Source of the DNA: a virus
Direction: 5' to 3' (one strand)
IMG/VR virus record: IMGVR_UViG_3300044974_000943
DNA: 64,000 bases
Positions 37,238 to 46,486 of the stretch are shown here, one piece after another. The position numbers and the translations under genes were made by a program. The notes beneath the pieces are model-generated. The model searched no databases. It worked only from the letters and a program-made list of their open reading frames with translations, and was not told the origin of the DNA. The stretch's first letter is position 1. Each line of letters opens with the position of its first letter.

Positions 37238-40200
37238 ATGGAAGGAAAGACTCTAGCAAAATACCTAGCAAGCGCTGATGCCACGAACTCTGTGGTCGAG
37301 GACGTATATTTCAATGACGTTATCTTGCTCATTTCAGGAAGCGCAAGCGATAACAGTCGAGGTCTACCATTTAGCCGCGATTATTCACGTTTTCAGCGCC
37401 ATGTCAAAAATTTCACTGGAACAAGCATCGATTCCGCAATAAATTACCCAACCACAGGAATACCGACTCTTGCAGGTGTCAGTTCATGTCTACGCATCCC
37501 AAACGCAATAAATCGTATCAGTAGGGCTGCGGAACTTAATCTAGGGCAAGGTGAATCGTTAGTCAAGCCAAGCTACTGTGATGTGCAACTAAGTGGATAT
37601 TCTGAGGGGTTTAGTTTAGGTACGGATAATTTCACTATTGACTTGTCTTTTTATGTAGACACAATTTACCCAGTTCAAACTGTTTTTGGTATGGGGGCTT
37701 GTATACAAATCAATGCAGGTGATTACAGGCAAACACCAAGTATTTCAAGCTCCAACAACAGTACGAACGGCTACGGACTATTTTTACTGAACACAGACCT
37801 TTATTTCTACTCTAAAGGTGCGACCTTCAAAATAAACACCTCACCAATAGCCGTCAATCAGTTTTACACAGTCGCAATTGTCAGGGAAGCTAATCAACTA
37901 AAAACTTACATCAATTTCACACAAACAAACAGCTACACTTTTTCCTACAACTTAACTTTCAATGCTGCTGACAACGCTGACACTGCGCTAACAAGGCTTT
38001 CTTTGGGAGCGCCACTTCTTGCTGACTCACTGATTGGCTTTATCTCAACCAATATGATTGATGCAAGTTTTAGTGGCGGCATCTCCAACTTCAGAATCAC
38101 CAAAACTGTCTCAAGATACTCCTCTTCTTTCTACAATTACACCCTACCACTGCCAAAAAACGCTGTAGCCAATAGGATTGATGCTAGTTACGCAGCTACG
38201 CTCTTCAATTTCCCTCTACAGTTTGATGCCTATAACTATGCACCAAATTTCAAGCGACTTAGTAATGCAGAGCTACGCAAAAAAGTACCAAACTTCAATA
38301 GCGGCTTCTTAGAACTTGAAGGCAACACCACTTACACCTCTGAGCAGATTACGACCAATTTATCTACTTCCCGATGGACTATGGAGCTTTATCTTGGTCT
38401 TTTTGAGAATAATGCTGGTCTTTTGCAGAACAAAACTTTAGAAGAATGGCTAAGTCTCAATATTTCAGATACAGATGGTGTTGAGAAGGTTAATCTGCTG
38501 TCGCTCACCTCTAATAACAAACTAGTTGCCAGCATTGACTTTAGCTTTTACTCTGACTTACAATATATTCACAGAAGGCTTGGGGCATATCTCAGCTTTA
38601 GTTGCAGCGAAGATGGCATTAATTGGAAGACTTTTAGCTCTGAAACTGGCAACTTAGTAACTCGATGGGGCGGTACTTTGACCGATTACGTTTTACCTAG
38701 CACAGACATTCTTTTCTACAACAATGGCTCCATCAACTCCAATATCACTACCAGCACAGTAAAAATTGCATCGGTTTTTGGCGAACCTAACACTCATTTA
38801 GCTGTTTCAAGGGAAGACGGCTTTTTGTACTTCTATATCAACGGAGTTAATGTAAAAACGGTTGCCTACGCTGGCACTCTGTATCAAGAGACAAACAAAC
38901 TCGAACTTAAATTTGGCAGTCTGTATCAGCCTTGGGTATCATCTAGTGGAGGGGCTACAAGAACTTTAGGTGTTAAGGGTTTGCGCGTCACCAATGCCAA
39001 CCGCTTTGTAAGTTCGACCGTCCCTAACGACTATTTCTATAATCACTGCCTACAACCTCTACCTTTGACAACTAACGTGCTAACTCACCCCAAAGCACGA
39101 ATTTTGGCTATTGTTACTGTCGTCACTACCCCATCTATTAGCACCAGCACTTGTCAGTGGTATGTTTACCTTGCACAAGCAGTTGATAACTTGGTTCTTG
39201 CGGATTTTAGCCTTTCTCAGATAGAAGGTGTAGCTGGCGCGGCACTGACTACCATTGTCAAAAATAACGAGCTTGAGTACGTTGTTACAGCCACAACTGG
39301 AACTGGTAATGGCAAACTAGGCTTAAATTTTGTAGATAGGAGAACGGTCAGATATAAAGGCATCTCAACACTTATATCGAATTACACAGGTGAGTTAAGC
39401 TTTGAAGGTCAATCGTATGTCATCAACAAAAATGCGCCTGTACCCACCATAACAAGCGGTTCAAGCCCTTACATTAACGAAGCTTTCAGTTGCACAATTA
39501 CTTGGGATGCAGCTATCACTACGTTCGACATTAGCAAAATAGGTGTTTCAAATGGCGTTTTGTCCAACCTAAATTTGATTGACGAGTTGAAGCAGACTTA
39601 CCAATTCAACATAACTCCCGAAAAACAAGGTGTGGTGTATGTTCAGGCGCTAGAAGGTGCTGGTATAACGGACTCTAACATTAGCTCATCAAAAAGTAAC
39701 TTGCTTGCACGGATTTATGCTGAATCTTTCCCAATTTTGCAACTACCTTTTCAGTTATCAACCACAATCAATGATGTTTCACCAAACCAATATCAACTAG
39801 CTGAAATAGTCACCAACAACACGTTATTTTCTTCTACGGTATTTCCTATAGGTACAGATAGTTCTTTGGCGGTAGTGCCTCAATTAGAGCAGTCTGGATT
39901 GACTTATGATAATTTTGAAGCCATTGGTCAAAGTTCATCGTTAGTGCTTACTGGGGATTGGACTATTGAATTTCACTATCGCGGCAACACTTTTAGCCCT
40001 CAGAATACAGCTCATCTCTTTTCTGTCGAGAAGTCTGGTTTTGGTTTTGCAGTTCTAGCGGTTAATGGCAACATAGTCATGGCTCGAAGCATCGACTTAC
40101 CTACTAGCTTGTTCTCTGGGGTTACTTTAGCTGAGACAGACGTATTTTCAGGTAACAATCCAGTTTATCCAGCATACGAGAATGGAGCATACACCTTACA

Positions 40201-42172
40201 GCAGAAATTCCCTCATTTTGCAATTACGAAAAAGGGCAATGTCTATCGGTTTTATCGTAATGGGGTGCGGATTGGGCTTGTGCAGTCAGGTAATGTTATC
40301 AACATCTCTAGTGGCGACCTAAAAATTGGCTACTACAAAAATCGCGTCACTCAAGCACCGTACTTTTTGTCGAACTTACGCCTCACAGTTGGAAAAGCTC
40401 TCTACACAGCTTACCAACACGATGTACCTCTAATCCCATACCCACTTGTTACAAATATCCTCGATGTAACAGAATTGCTCGACTACATTTCATTGGTATC
40501 GGACAACTACGTGTCAAATAAGGCTGTCAATGGCAATACACTGTCGCTGACCTTCAATAGCATCATCGCGCTTACTAATTTGCCTGTAGTGACGATTTTA
40601 GGGCAATCTGCTGACGTTGTGAATACTCAGTACAACACTTATGTTGCAACGCTATTATTGGAAAACGAAGTAACTGACCAGAAAGTGTACTTCAACATAG
40701 CAATTCACAATGAGCCAAGCTTACCAAACAAGGATTTCAGCGCAACTACCAACAATACAGCCGTTTTTGTAGAGAATAGTCCTTTCACTATTGTTTTTGC
40801 CACTACTCAGCCTAACGATAACAGCTACAAGCTATATGCGACAGTTACTCTCAACAAAGATGCTCCAGCCTTCAGTTTGGCGGCTCTGACACTGACTAAT
40901 TGTATTGTGGGTGGTCTTCTCAAGGCAAGTAACAACAATAGCTACTCGTTTGAAATTCAGGCGCTCACAAGTGGTACTTTTTCAGTCTCAGTGGCGGCAA
41001 ATACGGTCGCATCGGCAATTGGCACTTTGAATCAAGCATCGAACACACTTACTAGGATTGCTGTGGTTCCCGCCTACTTACCCGACCCGTACTACAACCA
41101 AACATTGCTGCTGCTTCAACCCACTGGAACGAATATCGTTGACGAGAGCCAGTATGAGGTCACACTTGCAGTAAATAATGTCGATGTAGTCGGAGATGAG
41201 TATCCTACTGGCTTGTTAAAGTCTATGCGGTTTAATGGTCAGGGTTCGAGCATTGTGGCAACGCTTCAGCAGCCTCTGAGCGCCAACCAAGACTATTGCA
41301 TCGAGTTCTACATCTATTTGTCCTCATTGACCACATTCTCTCTTTCTGCCCCTATTGCAAGCCCTGCGTCCGATGTAACACCGACTTCATTCAATATTAG
41401 TTGGAGTGATATTGTTGGAGCTACTGATTATGTTGTTGATATATCAAATACGAGTGATTTTTCAAGGAAAGTAGATGGATTTGACAATAAATTGGTTGGC
41501 GATGTTAATAGCGTTTCGGTTACTAGTGATTCAGCGATTGAATCTCCAGAAGTGGCAGAAAATAGAGTTAAGGGAGCTAATGGGTTTGTTGCGGAGTGGT
41601 CAAAAATGGCTAATGCTCTTGGATATAAAGTCTACACCTCATTGTCAAGTACTTTTAACACAAGTATTCAAGCTGTTTCGGGACTATTCACTCGTAGTAA
41701 CAATTTGGTGATTGGAAGTGCAGTAGATGCAGTTGAGTATGCACCAGAGCCTATAGTAGGTGATGTGACCTCTTTATCAGGTTCATATTCGTCGAACAGT
41801 ATCTTGCAAGGCATTCTCTCATCGGGAAATACCTCGCCAAAAATATTCGCATTCAATGACGAGGCGACACTTCGCATCTACAAGAGCAACCCAAATTACA
41901 CTCAACCTGCTATAGCTGAAGATTTAGAGGTGCGGAAGTGGTTTCACGTTGCTCTAACTAATTCTGCTAGTACAAAATCCACTAAGCTGTATATTGATGG
42001 TGAGCTTCGCGACAAAACTAAGAATAGTGATATGAGTTGGGATGCAGATTTACATATAGGAGCAGCTATTACGAATTTCTCAGGTTACATTCAATCATTT
42101 AGAATAACCTACGGCACTACTAGATATAATTCAGATTTTACTCCGCCAAATTTACCATTAGCAAAAAATTAA
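37238..42172 (+). CDS. Large multi-domain tail/RBP protein (several LamG, Ig-like and FN3 domains)
   Basis: Repeated FTI/WTIEF...H-x-A...YING...SN-x-R-x-T LamG units; Ig-like PVPTITS...FSCTITW; FN3 ASDVTPTSFNISW...YVVDIS. Confidence 0.75.
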   Translation: MEGKTLAKYLASADATNSVVEDVYFNDVILLISGSASDNSRGLPFSRDYSRFQRHVKNFTGTSIDSAINYPTTGIPTLAGVSSCLRIPNAINRISRAAELNLGQGESLVKPSYCDVQLSGYSEGFSLGTDNFTIDLSFYVDTIYPVQTVFGMGACIQINAGDYRQTPSISSSNNSTNGYGLFLLNTDLYFYSKGATFKINTSPIAVNQFYTVAIVREANQLKTYINFTQTNSYTFSYNLTFNAADNADTALTRLSLGAPLLADSLIGFISTNMIDASFSGGISNFRITKTVSRYSSSFYNYTLPLPKNAVANRIDASYAATLFNFPLQFDAYNYAPNFKRLSNAELRKKVPNFNSGFLELEGNTTYTSEQITTNLSTSRWTMELYLGLFENNAGLLQNKTLEEWLSLNISDTDGVEKVNLLSLTSNNKLVASIDFSFYSDLQYIHRRLGAYLSFSCSEDGINWKTFSSETGNLVTRWGGTLTDYVLPSTDILFYNNGSINSNITTSTVKIASVFGEPNTHLAVSREDGFLYFYINGVNVKTVAYAGTLYQETNKLELKFGSLYQPWVSSSGGATRTLGVKGLRVTNANRFVSSTVPNDYFYNHCLQPLPLTTNVLTHPKARILAIVTVVTTPSISTSTCQWYVYLAQAVDNLVLADFSLSQIEGVAGAALTTIVKNNELEYVVTATTGTGNGKLGLNFVDRRTVRYKGISTLISNYTGELSFEGQSYVINKNAPVPTITSGSSPYINEAFSCTITWDAAITTFDISKIGVSNGVLSNLNLIDELKQTYQFNITPEKQGVVYVQALEGAGITDSNISSSKSNLLARIYAESFPILQLPFQLSTTINDVSPNQYQLAEIVTNNTLFSSTVFPIGTDSSLAVVPQLEQSGLTYDNFEAIGQSSSLVLTGDWTIEFHYRGNTFSPQNTAHLFSVEKSGFGFAVLAVNGNIVMARSIDLPTSLFSGVTLAETDVFSGNNPVYPAYENGAYTLQQKFPHFAITKKGNVYRFYRNGVRIGLVQSGNVINISSGDLKIGYYKNRVTQAPYFLSNLRLTVGKALYTAYQHDVPLIPYPLVTNILDVTELLDYISLVSDNYVSNKAVNGNTLSLTFNSIIALTNLPVVTILGQSADVVNTQYNTYVATLLLENEVTDQKVYFNIAIHNEPSLPNKDFSATTNNTAVFVENSPFTIVFATTQPNDNSYKLYATVTLNKDAPAFSLAALTLTNCIVGGLLKASNNNSYSFEIQALTSGTFSVSVAANTVASAIGTLNQASNTLTRIAVVPAYLPDPYYNQTLLLLQPTGTNIVDESQYEVTLAVNNVDVVGDEYPTGLLKSMRFNGQGSSIVATLQQPLSANQDYCIEFYIYLSSLTTFSLSAPIASPASDVTPTSFNISWSDIVGATDYVVDISNTSDFSRKVDGFDNKLVGDVNSVSVTSDSAIESPEVAENRVKGANGFVAEWSKMANALGYKVYTSLSSTFNTSIQAVSGLFTRSNNLVIGSAVDAVEYAPEPIVGDVTSLSGSYSSNSILQGILSSGNTSPKIFAFNDEATLRIYKSNPNYTQPAIAEDLEVRKWFHVALTNSASTKSTKLYIDGELRDKTKNSDMSWDADLHIGAAITNFSGYIQSFRITYGTTRYNSDFTPPNLPLAKN

Positions 42173-42177
42173 CTGAG

Positions 42178-44112
42178 ATGGGAAGATTTATCAAACGTGA
42201 TTCTACAGGAAAAATTTATCTTCGCGAAAATCAGACGAATGAATGGTTACTAATTTCCAATCAATCTGTCGTAGAAACGAGAACGCAAAAACGAACCCAA
42301 CAAAGAAAATCGACAGAATCACTTTTTAAATTAGTCACGGTCAGACGGCTCGACCAACTTTCCATCGATACCGTCACATCTCGGTTGCGTATAGCTCAAG
42401 CCAACTTAGAGCGAAGCGCTGTGCTAGCCCAATTCCCTCTGCCAGCGCCAGTTAAGTTCCCAGAGACAGAAGAAGACCTCATCAACTACTTCTCAGTTTT
42501 CGTCGATGAAGACCTGTACGGCGTTAACGAACCAATCTTCACTTTTTTCTGTGATAGCTACCAGACCCAGATAAAAGCGTTTGTTACAGCCAACTCTAAA
42601 AACCGAGAAGGCTGGAGCGTACATCTTGCCTATGTTAAATCTGTTGTTACTAGGCAATATGGCTTAAAAGATGTGGACTGGCGTTTGGTTACTATCGACA
42701 ATGCAGACATATCACCAGCTAATGATGGAATAGTTGTTACAGAAAAGACAGTATATGAGCTTAACCTTGATGATACTGGAGTTCCTAGCTGTTTCAAGGA
42801 GAATTTCTCTCTGGAGTCGCTTAAGTACTTGGGGGGAGGTATTTGGGGCGCTTTAGCCATCGACTCAGACGACAAAATTCCTGTATACGGGTTTGCGCCA
42901 AGAGATGATAGCAGATATAAGCAAATCAGTAATGGTAAGTCCAGATTAGGCGTTACGGTTGTTTCCTACAGTGTTACACCAACATATTCATTTACTTGGT
43001 GCAGAGGGCAGTCAGTACTTAGGAAACGCAGTAGAAATGCCTCCGTGCAATTTGACCAACAAGCTTTTGACGAAACTTCGGTACTTGTGCAGAAAAGAAA
43101 CTCGAACTATGCCCTTGATTTGTGTTTGCGTCCTGAAATGTCAGCTAATTACCTGACTCAAAAAACAATCACTGAAACCTGCAACTCCCAAGCCACTTAC
43201 GTCGGAAATACCAACTATCGGCTTGCATCTAAGCGAAAAGACCCTGACTACGGGACTGATGAAGCTAGATTCAGTTTACACAAATATAAGCAAGAATCAA
43301 ATGTGTTGCGACCTAATCCTTTTGGAGTACTAGCGGCTTCTAAGGAAGGTGTAAATATGCTGCGACTTGATATGGGTATGGCAGAAGGAAAAATTGAGCA
43401 ACCTTATGACATTAAGTACGCGCAAGGTGAAAGGGGTGTCAGCTATTCATGGGGATATCAGTATTGGTGGACTTATGGCAAAATTTTAGATGTTTACCCA
43501 ACAGTTAAAAATCAGTTCACGTATTTTGGCGATAGATTAAGCTCCACTGGAGGTACTTTTAAATCTGCACTATTTGTTGATGGCGCAAATCCTTATGGCG
43601 CACTTATAAAAACCGATATACCTAATAGAGCTATGACTACTTGGGGTACGCCTATTAACCCTGAGAGTGGCTTTTGGGCTGTTAGGCAAGGTATTTTTGA
43701 GTTTGTGTTGAAATACTCGATGCCGCCACTATTTTCGCACGATGGCTGTTACTACTATCAAGTCAATCCTCGCAGAGTTGTCAGTAATTCGTCCTCTGGC
43801 GATAGATATTACGATAGCTCAGTTACAATACCTCAGTCGGGTTTTGCGGCTGTGTCGGGCTTCTATCCGCCAAATGCACTTAATAGCCAGAATGCTTACA
43901 TAAACGTCTACAATCAGATATTAGGGAGCTTTGGTGCTGGAGGAATTAGTACTTACAATATTGGGTACAGACCTATTGCTGCAAATGACTCGGAATCGCT
44001 TCTGGTGTTTGCGCCAAACCCTGAACAGCAAGCAGAGCTAGGGGAACAGCCGTCGCTCTTCCCAAGCGGCTTTGTGGGTGATGTAAGGGAGAACATTGAA
44101 ATTAAGGATTAA
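42178..44112 (+). CDS. Hypothetical virion-associated protein
   Basis: 644-aa ORF coupled to the upstream structural gene. Confidence 0.5.
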   Translation: MGRFIKRDSTGKIYLRENQTNEWLLISNQSVVETRTQKRTQQRKSTESLFKLVTVRRLDQLSIDTVTSRLRIAQANLERSAVLAQFPLPAPVKFPETEEDLINYFSVFVDEDLYGVNEPIFTFFCDSYQTQIKAFVTANSKNREGWSVHLAYVKSVVTRQYGLKDVDWRLVTIDNADISPANDGIVVTEKTVYELNLDDTGVPSCFKENFSLESLKYLGGGIWGALAIDSDDKIPVYGFAPRDDSRYKQISNGKSRLGVTVVSYSVTPTYSFTWCRGQSVLRKRSRNASVQFDQQAFDETSVLVQKRNSNYALDLCLRPEMSANYLTQKTITETCNSQATYVGNTNYRLASKRKDPDYGTDEARFSLHKYKQESNVLRPNPFGVLAASKEGVNMLRLDMGMAEGKIEQPYDIKYAQGERGVSYSWGYQYWWTYGKILDVYPTVKNQFTYFGDRLSSTGGTFKSALFVDGANPYGALIKTDIPNRAMTTWGTPINPESGFWAVRQGIFEFVLKYSMPPLFSHDGCYYYQVNPRRVVSNSSSGDRYYDSSVTIPQSGFAAVSGFYPPNALNSQNAYINVYNQILGSFGAGGISTYNIGYRPIAANDSESLLVFAPNPEQQAELGEQPSLFPSGFVGDVRENIEIKD

Positions 44113-44183
44113 GCCCAAAGTCAGATTCGGACTGACGACCTTTGGTTTACAAAACCACTGCTCTCCCACTGAGCTAATAACCC
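44112..44183 (-). pseudogene. Chimeric tRNA-Thr(UGU)-like gene with unpaired acceptor stem
   Basis: D, anticodon (TGT) and T arms fold, but 5' GGGTTAT cannot pair with 3' TTTGGGC; T-loop is TCCGAAT. Confidence 0.7.
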
Positions 44184-44186
44184 AGA

Positions 44187-44259
44187 CTCCTCCACTTGGA
44201 CTCGAACCAAGGACATTCGCGTTAACAGCGCGACGCTCTACCAACTGAGCTATAGAGGA
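44187..44259 (-). tRNA. trnN: tRNA-Asn(GUU)
   Basis: Canonical cloverleaf: TCCTCTA/TGGAGGA acceptor, TCGCG-CTGTTAA-CGCGA anticodon arm, TTCGAGT T-loop; no encoded CCA. Confidence 0.95.
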
Positions 44260-44262
44260 TTA

Positions 44263-44336
44263 AGCGAAACGAGAGACTTGAACTCTTAACCTTTCCCTTG
44301 GAAGGGGCTGGCTCTACCAAATTGAGCTAGTTCCGC
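44263..44336 (-). tRNA. trnG: tRNA-Gly(UCC) with mismatched anticodon stem
   Basis: GCGGAAC/GTTTCGC acceptor; loop CTTCCAA; anticodon stem AGCCC/GGGAA has two mismatches; one T-stem mismatch. Confidence 0.8.
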
Positions 44337-44340
44337 GTAT

Positions 44341-44417
44341 TGGAGGCAGAGTTCAGATTCGCACTGAATGATGTCCAACTTATGAGGATGGCAAGCCGCT
44401 ATTGCTTCATCTCTGCA
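44341..44417 (-). tRNA. Atypical tRNA with CAU anticodon (Met/Ile2-type), encoded CCA
   Basis: GCAGAG/CTCTGC acceptor with a 1-72 mismatch; CCATC-CTCATAA-GTTGG; T-loop TGCGAAT; 3' TCCA. Confidence 0.6.
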
Positions 44418-44423
44418 ATTTTT

Positions 44424-44432
44424 AATATAACA
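44424..44432 (-). promoter_or_regulatory. Extended -10 promoter for the tRNA cluster
   Basis: TGTTATATT ends 7 nt before the 5' end of the first tRNA. Confidence 0.5.
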
Positions 44433-44520
44433 CAAACTAAACTTATGTATATCTATCTTAAGAGGTATTATCTCCAAGGTACAAATTTGATAAGTTGCCA
44501 AACAGCCAAAATCCAAGTAA

Positions 44521-44715
44521 TCATTTCTTTTGTCCTTCTTTCCAACGTTTTTCTAGTTTAGCAGCCACACAAGCTGGAAGCACTAAAGTTTCAGTTGTAG
44601 GAGTGTCTCTAAGCATATTTGCAGTGTCTAACAGGTCTTGCCAAGGATTGATAGACTCTGGCGGCAAAGTCCAAGATGATTTATTTTTCATCTCTTTATC
44701 TAACCATAAAAACAA
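44521..44715 (-). CDS. Small hypothetical protein
   Basis: Continues the minus-strand operon; start may be ATG 44691. Confidence 0.45.
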   Translation of the reverse strand: MFLWLDKEMKNKSSWTLPPESINPWQDLLDTANMLRDTPTTETLVLPACVAAKLEKRWKEGQKK

Positions 44716-45446
44716 GAAACATTATATGTAACCAAAGAGGTATCTTGTTGTTCAGGTCGAAAATTGCGGTCTTCGCTGTAAGTTTGCAAATATTGCACAT
44801 CACTGCCAAAAATTGAGTAAATGTCAGCAGTGAAAATGGATTGTCGTTCAGGAAGTTGCTGCCAGTCAGAATCGGTAGCTGTAGGGTAGGCTTTAGTGGC
44901 TTTAAGGCATCTCCAGTAATAGTTGGAGTATTTGACGAGACTACCTCTTGGAAACGCCTCTAGGACGCTAGAAGTGGCTTTACCGATGTCTATAGCTTGC
45001 TCTGCTGGTCTTTGAATTGTGTTGGTGATGAACTTTTTATCGATAATTAAGGAATATCGAGGGTCGAGCTTAGGTATTAGGAACTCTCTGTAATAGATTG
45101 TATTCAGAATAAGCCCTTTATTACCTAATGTGGGATGTACCTGTTCTTTGCGACCGTATTCTCGCCTATTGATTTTGTCTTTATAGACTATTGGGGTTAG
45201 TGAGCCTGTTAGTTTTTTTTCAGTTCCTGTGGCGCTGATAAGGTTGATGCTGGGTCGATAATTAGTCGATGCTCCTTGGATATTGGTCAAGATATACAAA
45301 GGAAAAAATTTATCATACGTGCCGTTAAGTTTCTGGTGAAGCGAATTGTCCTCTGCGGCAAAGATTGTCTCAAAAGGTATGCCTACACTGTTTCTTGGAG
45401 ATAAGAACTCAAAACCATCAATTTTCGGGAATGTGAAGTCTGGCAT
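44700..45446 (-). CDS. Protein with CBM5/12-like carbohydrate-binding module
   Basis: FPRGSLVKYSNYYWRCLKAT...P...DWQQL matches the ChtBD3/CBM5-12 pattern. Confidence 0.55.
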   Translation of the reverse strand: MPDFTFPKIDGFEFLSPRNSVGIPFETIFAAEDNSLHQKLNGTYDKFFPLYILTNIQGASTNYRPSINLISATGTEKKLTGSLTPIVYKDKINRREYGRKEQVHPTLGNKGLILNTIYYREFLIPKLDPRYSLIIDKKFITNTIQRPAEQAIDIGKATSSVLEAFPRGSLVKYSNYYWRCLKATKAYPTATDSDWQQLPERQSIFTADIYSIFGSDVQYLQTYSEDRNFRPEQQDTSLVTYNVSCFYG

Positions 45447-45598
45447 TATTTTACTGCTGTATCAGGTAAGGAGTCAATCCAGTCCTCAAAAACAGATGTC
45501 ATTTTTTTCTCACGCGAATCAGCGTAATTTTTTAGCTTATCCATGCGTTTTTCAGATATGACCGCATTAAATCTTTTACTTTTATCGATATTGCTCAT
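45446..45598 (-). CDS. Small ribbon-helix-helix regulator (50 aa, not in ORF track)
   Basis: MSNIDKSKRFNAVISEKRMDKLKNYADSREKKMTSVFEDWIDSLPDTAVK; TAATG coupling to the next gene. Confidence 0.7.
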   Translation of the reverse strand: MSNIDKSKRFNAVISEKRMDKLKNYADSREKKMTSVFEDWIDSLPDTAVK

Positions 45599-45637
45599 TG
45601 TTTATGTTTTTTATATGTTATACTGTATTTATTATAC

Positions 45638-46483
45638 ATGAAAGGACGAGTATACGCAATGGTTGAGACTTGGATTTTATATCAAACTACGAACGTTTGC
45701 AATGGCAAAATTTATGTTGGGGTACATAAATTAGCTAACACTAAAAGGTCTAAGAATTATCTTGGAAGTGGTTATGCTTTGAAACCAGCTATCGAAAAAT
45801 ACGGCATAGAAAATTTTACCAGAGTAACTTTAGCAGAATTCAATTGCCCCGAAAATGCCTACGATGCTGAAGCTAAGGTAGTTACAGCAGATTTTATTCT
45901 ACGTGAAGATACCTACAATATTAGATTGGGTGGTAAAGGGTGTTGGGGTTTGAAACATTCAGAGGAAACTAAAAAGAAGATGTCTGTTACCAAGAAAGGT
46001 ACGGTTGTGAATCCTGAAACTAGGATGAAACTCAGTACTGCACTAAAAGGTAAACCCAAAACGGAAGAAACTAAAAGAAAGATGAGCGCTAGTCAAAAAG
46101 GTAAAAAAATTAGCGAAGAACATAGAGCCAGTATTAAAATTTCCCATAACACACCTGAAGCTAAAGCTAATATGAGTGCTGCTCAAAAGGGCAAAAAACT
46201 GAGTGAAGAGCATAAATTAAAAATCAGTGTGGCTAAAAGTGGGGTAAATAACCATAATTTTGGCAAACCTTGTCCTGACGCAATTAAAGCGAAAATTAGT
46301 GCAGCTTGTAGTGTACCTGTAATAGTATGTGGAGAATACTATAAATCTATTGACAAAGCTTCAAAAACTAAAGAAGTTACCTATAAGACAGTATTCTACA
46401 GAGTTAAATCTGACAATCCGAAATGGTCAGAATGGCGCTTAGCTACCGATGCAGAAAAATTGTCTCATCTGAGTGAGTTATAA
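45638..46483 (+). CDS. Free-standing Seg-like GIY-YIG homing endonuclease with NUMOD3 repeats
   Basis: ILYQTTNVCNGKIYVGVH...YLGSG...YGIENF...E...YN; multiple SEETKKKMS-type repeats. TGTTATACT promoter at 45616-45624. Confidence 0.9.
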   Translation: MKGRVYAMVETWILYQTTNVCNGKIYVGVHKLANTKRSKNYLGSGYALKPAIEKYGIENFTRVTLAEFNCPENAYDAEAKVVTADFILREDTYNIRLGGKGCWGLKHSEETKKKMSVTKKGTVVNPETRMKLSTALKGKPKTEETKRKMSASQKGKKISEEHRASIKISHNTPEAKANMSAAQKGKKLSEEHKLKISVAKSGVNNHNFGKPCPDAIKAKISAACSVPVIVCGEYYKSIDKASKTKEVTYKTVFYRVKSDNPKWSEWRLATDAEKLSHLSEL

Positions 46484-46486
46484 TGA

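Noticed and set aside
44038-44561. ORFs 44038..44244, 44286..44516 and 44340..44561
   Set aside because: They are translations of the tRNA cluster.
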